Below are positions 59,821-64,000 of a stretch of 64,000 nucleotides of DNA, in pieces. Each line of letters starts with the position of its first letter. Position 1 is the first letter of the stretch. A program made the translations under genes and the position numbers. Source of the DNA: Podarcis muralis (Eukaryota); assembly GCF_964188315.1 (NCBI RefSeq), contig NC_135658.1, positions 79,980,001 through 80,044,000 of the forward strand. The letters are read 5' to 3'. The notes beneath the pieces were generated by a model that worked only from the letters and a program-made list of their open reading frames with translations, was not told where the DNA came from and made no database searches.

Positions 59821-60575
59821 CTATAGAATCTTAGAGTTGTGGTGTTGGAAGGAACCACAAAGGTCAGCTACCACACAGTCCCCTGCCACACAGGAATCGC
59901 AATCAAAGCATCCATAACAGATGGCCAGCCAACCTCTGCTTAAAAGCCGCCAAGGAAGGAGAGTCCACCACCTCCTGAGAGAGTCTGTTCCACTGTTGAA
60001 CAGCTCTTACCGTCAGAATGTTCTTCCTAATGTTTAGTTGCTCCATCTTCCATGTGATCACCCTTAAGATATTTGAACATGGCTATCATATCTTCTTTTT
60101 TAAAAAAATATTTTTATTAATTTTCCATCAAAAAACAAAAGAAACATATAATACCACATTAAAACTTTCACATATTTTCCCTTTTGGACTTCCTTCAGCT
60201 TCTCTGACAATCATCCAAATTCAACTTTTTAAATTACACATTTCCTAAATTTGCTATTACCTTTTAGCATATCCTTCCAAATTTGCTTTTCTTTTTTACA
60301 ATATTTCTCAAACTTTTACAGAGCTTCTTGAAATGCCACTAGCGTTATTCTCTCCTCACTGGCTATCATATCTTCAAGGCTAAACATGCCCATCTCCCTC
60401 AACTATTCCTCATAAGCCCCCCCCCCAAAAACCCCTTTCATTCTCTTTGTTGCCCTCCTTGGCGCATGTTCCAGCTTGTCAATATCCTTCTGAAATTGTG
60501 GCGCCCAGAACTAGACACAATACTCCAGGTGTGATCTGACCAAGGCAGAATAGAGTGGTACTATTTCTTCCCTTC
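59821..60575 (-). mobile_element. CR1 3' fragment interrupted by an L1 end
   Basis: Reversed CR1 tail (tagaatc...gttggaagg) and ORF2 C-terminal remnant (cagaactagacacaatactccagg). Confidence 0.85.
60096..60359 (-). mobile_element. 264-bp L1 3' end
   Basis: Perfect 16-bp TSD tggctatcatatcttc at 60080-60095 and 60360-60375; AATAAA and A-tail on the minus strand. Confidence 0.85.
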
Positions 60576-60899
60576 TACACTTCTGTTGTTATAGGCTAGG
60601 CATGGGTGTCACCTATTTGAATATTCTGCTATGTGAAACGCAAAACCAACCCCCTGTACGTTGAAAACTAACACAGCAGAGACGGGGCTTTCTCCCTAAT
60701 CTGCTAGTTTCAGTTACTTGTTTTATGTAGTGGGAGCTTTAAAGAGAGGCAGCCCCACTCATTGTCTGAAGTACTGGATTCTACTCTGGCATAGCATCTC
60801 ATTCTGCTTCCTCTGTAGATTACACTTCCATTGCACTCTTTTCAGTTCAACACCACTCTTTGTTGGGTCTCATTTTCCTTCATCGTGCTGGCTCTTAAC

Positions 60900-61340
60900 T
60901 CTAACTCTAAAGTCCAGGAAGTGGCTAAGAATATTAAAACTTCTGTACTATATCAGGGTGGGGTGAGGGCCTTCTCAGTGGTGACACCGCTCTCATGGAA
61001 TAGTCTCCCCAAAGAGACTTACTCTCCTCATATTGTATTTTTGCAGCCTTTTAGCCAACCAGGCCTTTTAAATAACCTGTAATATTAACATCTGGGTTCT
61101 CAATATTTGGTTGGTGCTAACTTGTTTATTTCTGCTGCTAACAGGTTTCATTTTTAATCCTCTGCTGGGAAGGAAAGGTTTTGGTTGGTTTGTTCTTATG
61201 CTTCATTTTTTATTTTATTGTTTTGTTTTATGTACAGTACTTGCGTTTTAATATTGTATTTGTGTTCTTTTATTTCTGGTCAGCCACCTAGAGAAGTGTG
61301 TTATTGGCAGCCTATTCATAGATAGTAAATAAATAAATAT
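60900..61340 (+). mobile_element. Old L2 3' end
   Basis: VRAFSVVTPLSWNSLP remnant; cagccacctagag...aaataaataaata tail. Confidence 0.55.
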
Positions 61341-61849
61341 TGTAGGGCCCGCCATAAATCATGATTTGCCATCCTTGGAAGAGAAGATGGCTGCAGTAGG
61401 AAGGGGGAATTTCCTCACTTCCTCAGCCTGGTCCTCCAGGTACTTGAGAATGTAATGTTGCCTGCAGGACCATCATGACCCTCTCAGATGGTGTTCATTT
61501 AAGCAGAGACCTACAAGGTTTGTGTAGAGAGTCAGCCTGCCATCCAGAGCAACAGATTATTGAAAAATATGCCAGTTGGAGGCCTCAAAAAGTGGAATTA
61601 CTATGAAGGGATTCCATCTGAAATGGTCTCTGGCTCACCTTATGTAATAATAAAAGTAGCCTTTAAGGTGCCATCTGACCCTTTATTACCAAGCTAGAGG
61701 ACATACATTTAAAAAAACACCCAAAACCCACCCAACTTACACTTTTATCTAAGCTTCCTCAGGAAAAAAATTTATTTGTGACATCTTAGTTCTAGCTTCG
61801 TAATCACTGGTTTTAGGAACGCGTGTGAAGAGAGGGGACACCCACCATT

Positions 61850-62645
61850 TTACAACACTTTCCCCACCCGGACTGCCTGAAGGCAAATGGTGGGCGAAAG
61901 AGCGTAAAAAGGGTTAATTTAACTCCGCTCGGGGTTGCATAAGCCTGAAGGGGAAAAAGTGTCAGAGAAACAACTGCCGCCAGTGGCACTTTCTTAAACT
62001 TTCTTGCCGGCACTGCGAGTCCTGCAAGGTGGCAAGAACAGCGGAGGCGCGCTTTGCGGCTAGAGAAGCGCAAGAAGGGCCGAGCACCTTTGCGCACCCT
62101 TTTGGCGCGAGAAAAGTCTCCTGAAACTCTGTCCCTTCCCCGGGGATGCCTGCCCAAAGGACACGAGGCAGACAGAGGTCAGGACTGGCGAGTTTGTCAG
62201 AAGATTCCACCCAGGCTTCAGCAGCCCAAGACAACCACACTGGTTATTCGACGCAAATGGCAAGGGAACCAGGGGCCTAGCCAGGGGGGTGCAAGGGGGA
62301 AGGTACACCCCCCCCCCAAAGCCAAGTAAACAAATAAAAATAACTAACTAACCAATCCCGTCGCCGATAGCTCGGCTCTAACCCCCCCCCCTCCAACAAA
62401 AGTCCTCCCATCCCAAAAAATCCTGGCTAAGCCCCTAAGGGAAAGTGTTTCGTTTCTGGAAATGTCTCCCCCGCCGACACACACACTCCAGATTTCCCGC
62501 CTTATTGAAATAGGGGGCCCAGGACGAGCAGAACATAAAAGAGATAAAAATTATATATGGTGGGAAGGTAGGTTATTACTTGCCAAAGACCACCCCTCAA
62601 TTATAGAAGCTTCCCAAAGTCTCTGATATGTTCCTGCCCTCGCCC

Positions 62646-62720
<75 letters not shown>

Positions 62721-64000
62721 GTCTCCACTGATGTCTCTTTCTAGAGAGTGATATCCTTATACGCGGGACATACATTCGTGTCGATATGTTTTACATTCTA
62801 GGGCGAGAGGTGCACTCTTGAGGGCCGTGTGGCCTTCGAGGGATAACTATTCATACGCGCAGCCTCCTTGCTGAAGAATGACCCAAGCATAGCTGAATCA
62901 GAGATGGCAGGCTGTGTCGGGGGGCAGGGGTGGGGACACAGTGCCCCCCCCCGGTGTCGTTGGTCCCACGACCAATTCGGGCGGGGGGGGGGGTAGTCCA
63001 ACAATCTGGAGGGCTACAGGTTTCCCAACCTGGTCTGTGGGGTCTGATGAGAGGAGAAGCCTGTTTCTCACTTGCAAGCCACCCTTGAGGCATAGCACGT
63101 GTGAACTCGCGCTCAGCCTCGTCGTGCTTGGAAGAGAGGGGAAACGTGTCTTGAATTCCCTGCTCGGCCATGTCTCTCCCTCCCTCGGCTCTCGGGGTTC
63201 ATGGGAGAAAGCAGGCGAAAGAGGAAGCTTGGAAAGGGCCACAGAAATTAGATTGGTGCTGCCACTCCAAGTGCAGGGCTACCAAGCACCAGCCGCCTCC
63301 GTGCCACATCCAGGCAGGGCAGCAGCCCAAACGCCTGCGCCTCTTTCCCGCCAGGGCATGGCGTCTCCTCCCGGTGGAGCGAGCGCGCCAGAGAGCCGGC
63401 CGGGGTCTTCCTGGCTCAGTCCCCTGGCGAGCGCAGCAGGGCGCTCGGGTTTCACTTGTTGCCGGGCAGGCCGCTGGCAGCAGCGGGAGCCATCAGCGCT
63501 TCTCCTGCCGGGTGATTGTAAATAGGTTTGACTAGCCGCTGATCCCGGGGTCAGGGCTCTCTTCCTCGCTTAATCCCGCGCTCTCCAAACACACTCTGGC
63601 CTCTCCCTTCCCCTCCCCGCGCAGGACTCCCCTCTCCTATTCGCTCCGCTTCCCTCCACTTGGACGGCCTCCATCCCCACCCGCTCCTGTGACACCCAAG
63701 GGAAGGAGCTCCGCGCCACCAGCTTCGGGGGCGCCGTCCAGCCATGGGGAGCCCAGGCGGGCGCTCCTCCTCACCACTCCCGAGAAGAAAGGCCTCGTTT
63801 TTGTAGGTCCTCTGGAGAAAACGAGGGGTCCCTAAACAAAACAAAAACTCCTTCTTCATCTATACAGTGTGACTAAACTACACTAAAGCATGGACCCCGG
63901 GTGGGGAGGTGCAAGGCAGAAAGGAGTAACTAAAGAGGAACGGAGGAGAACCGTCCAGGACAAAAGCGAGTAGGGCGAAAATGGAAAACTTGGTGTGTGG
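61850..64000. promoter_or_regulatory. CpG island running off the window end; possible promoter-proximal region
   Basis: Dense CpG at about 61.9-62.15 and 62.9-63.95 kb; FOX site tgtaaata (63517-63524), NKX2-type cacttg/caagtg (63069, 63268, 63453), E-box cacgtg (63096), reverse CCAAT (63252). Confidence 0.7.
62646..62720. repeat. (TAT)25 microsatellite
   Basis: Direct reading. Confidence 0.95.

Noticed and set aside
62798-63859. 203-aa and neighbouring ORFs as a gene
   Set aside because: Low-complexity G/P/S/A/R composition, no domain recognised, and one ORF crosses a hAT MITE remnant near 63000-63030.
1-64000. Naming the neighbouring developmental gene, or claiming a novel multi-gene system
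   Set aside because: No host exon is present, and motif clusters alone do not identify a locus. All protein-coding signal is explained by known retrotransposon clades.

Overview
Vertebrate genomic DNA, almost certainly from a squamate reptile. The Sauria SINE, Bov-B, Squam3-like SINE, L1, L2 and CR1 repertoire points to a lacertid lizard; the family assignment is inference. I recognise no host protein-coding exon, functional tRNA, rRNA or CRISPR array. The only long ORF (4401-7184) is the RT and zinc-knuckle part of a very young, 5'-truncated L1 with a 28-nt poly(A) and a perfect 19-bp target-site duplication (TSD). Bases 1-41.5 kb are CpG-poor and dense in repeats: six of the eight Sauria SINEs (the seventh also lies here, nested in an L1; the eighth is at 57.8 kb), Bov-B, RTE, CR1 and L2 fragments, hAT and Tc1/mariner MITEs, a solo LTR and several nested insertions. 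An apparently unique, motif-rich block at about 18.3-19.3 kb is bracketed by two near-identical 90-bp hAT MITEs. Bases 42-52 kb and 61.9-64 kb are CpG-island-like and lack long transposons. They carry clustered TCF/SOX/POU/PBX, FOX/GATA/CDX-HOX13 and FOX/NKX2/YY1 motifs, and old repeats inside them keep CpGs that same-family copies elsewhere lack. The best reading is a gene-free regulatory landscape (methylation-valley-like) next to a developmental gene that lies outside the window and cannot be named. There are four assembly gaps. Repeat family names come from recalled consensus features, not a database search. I found no convincing novel biological system.
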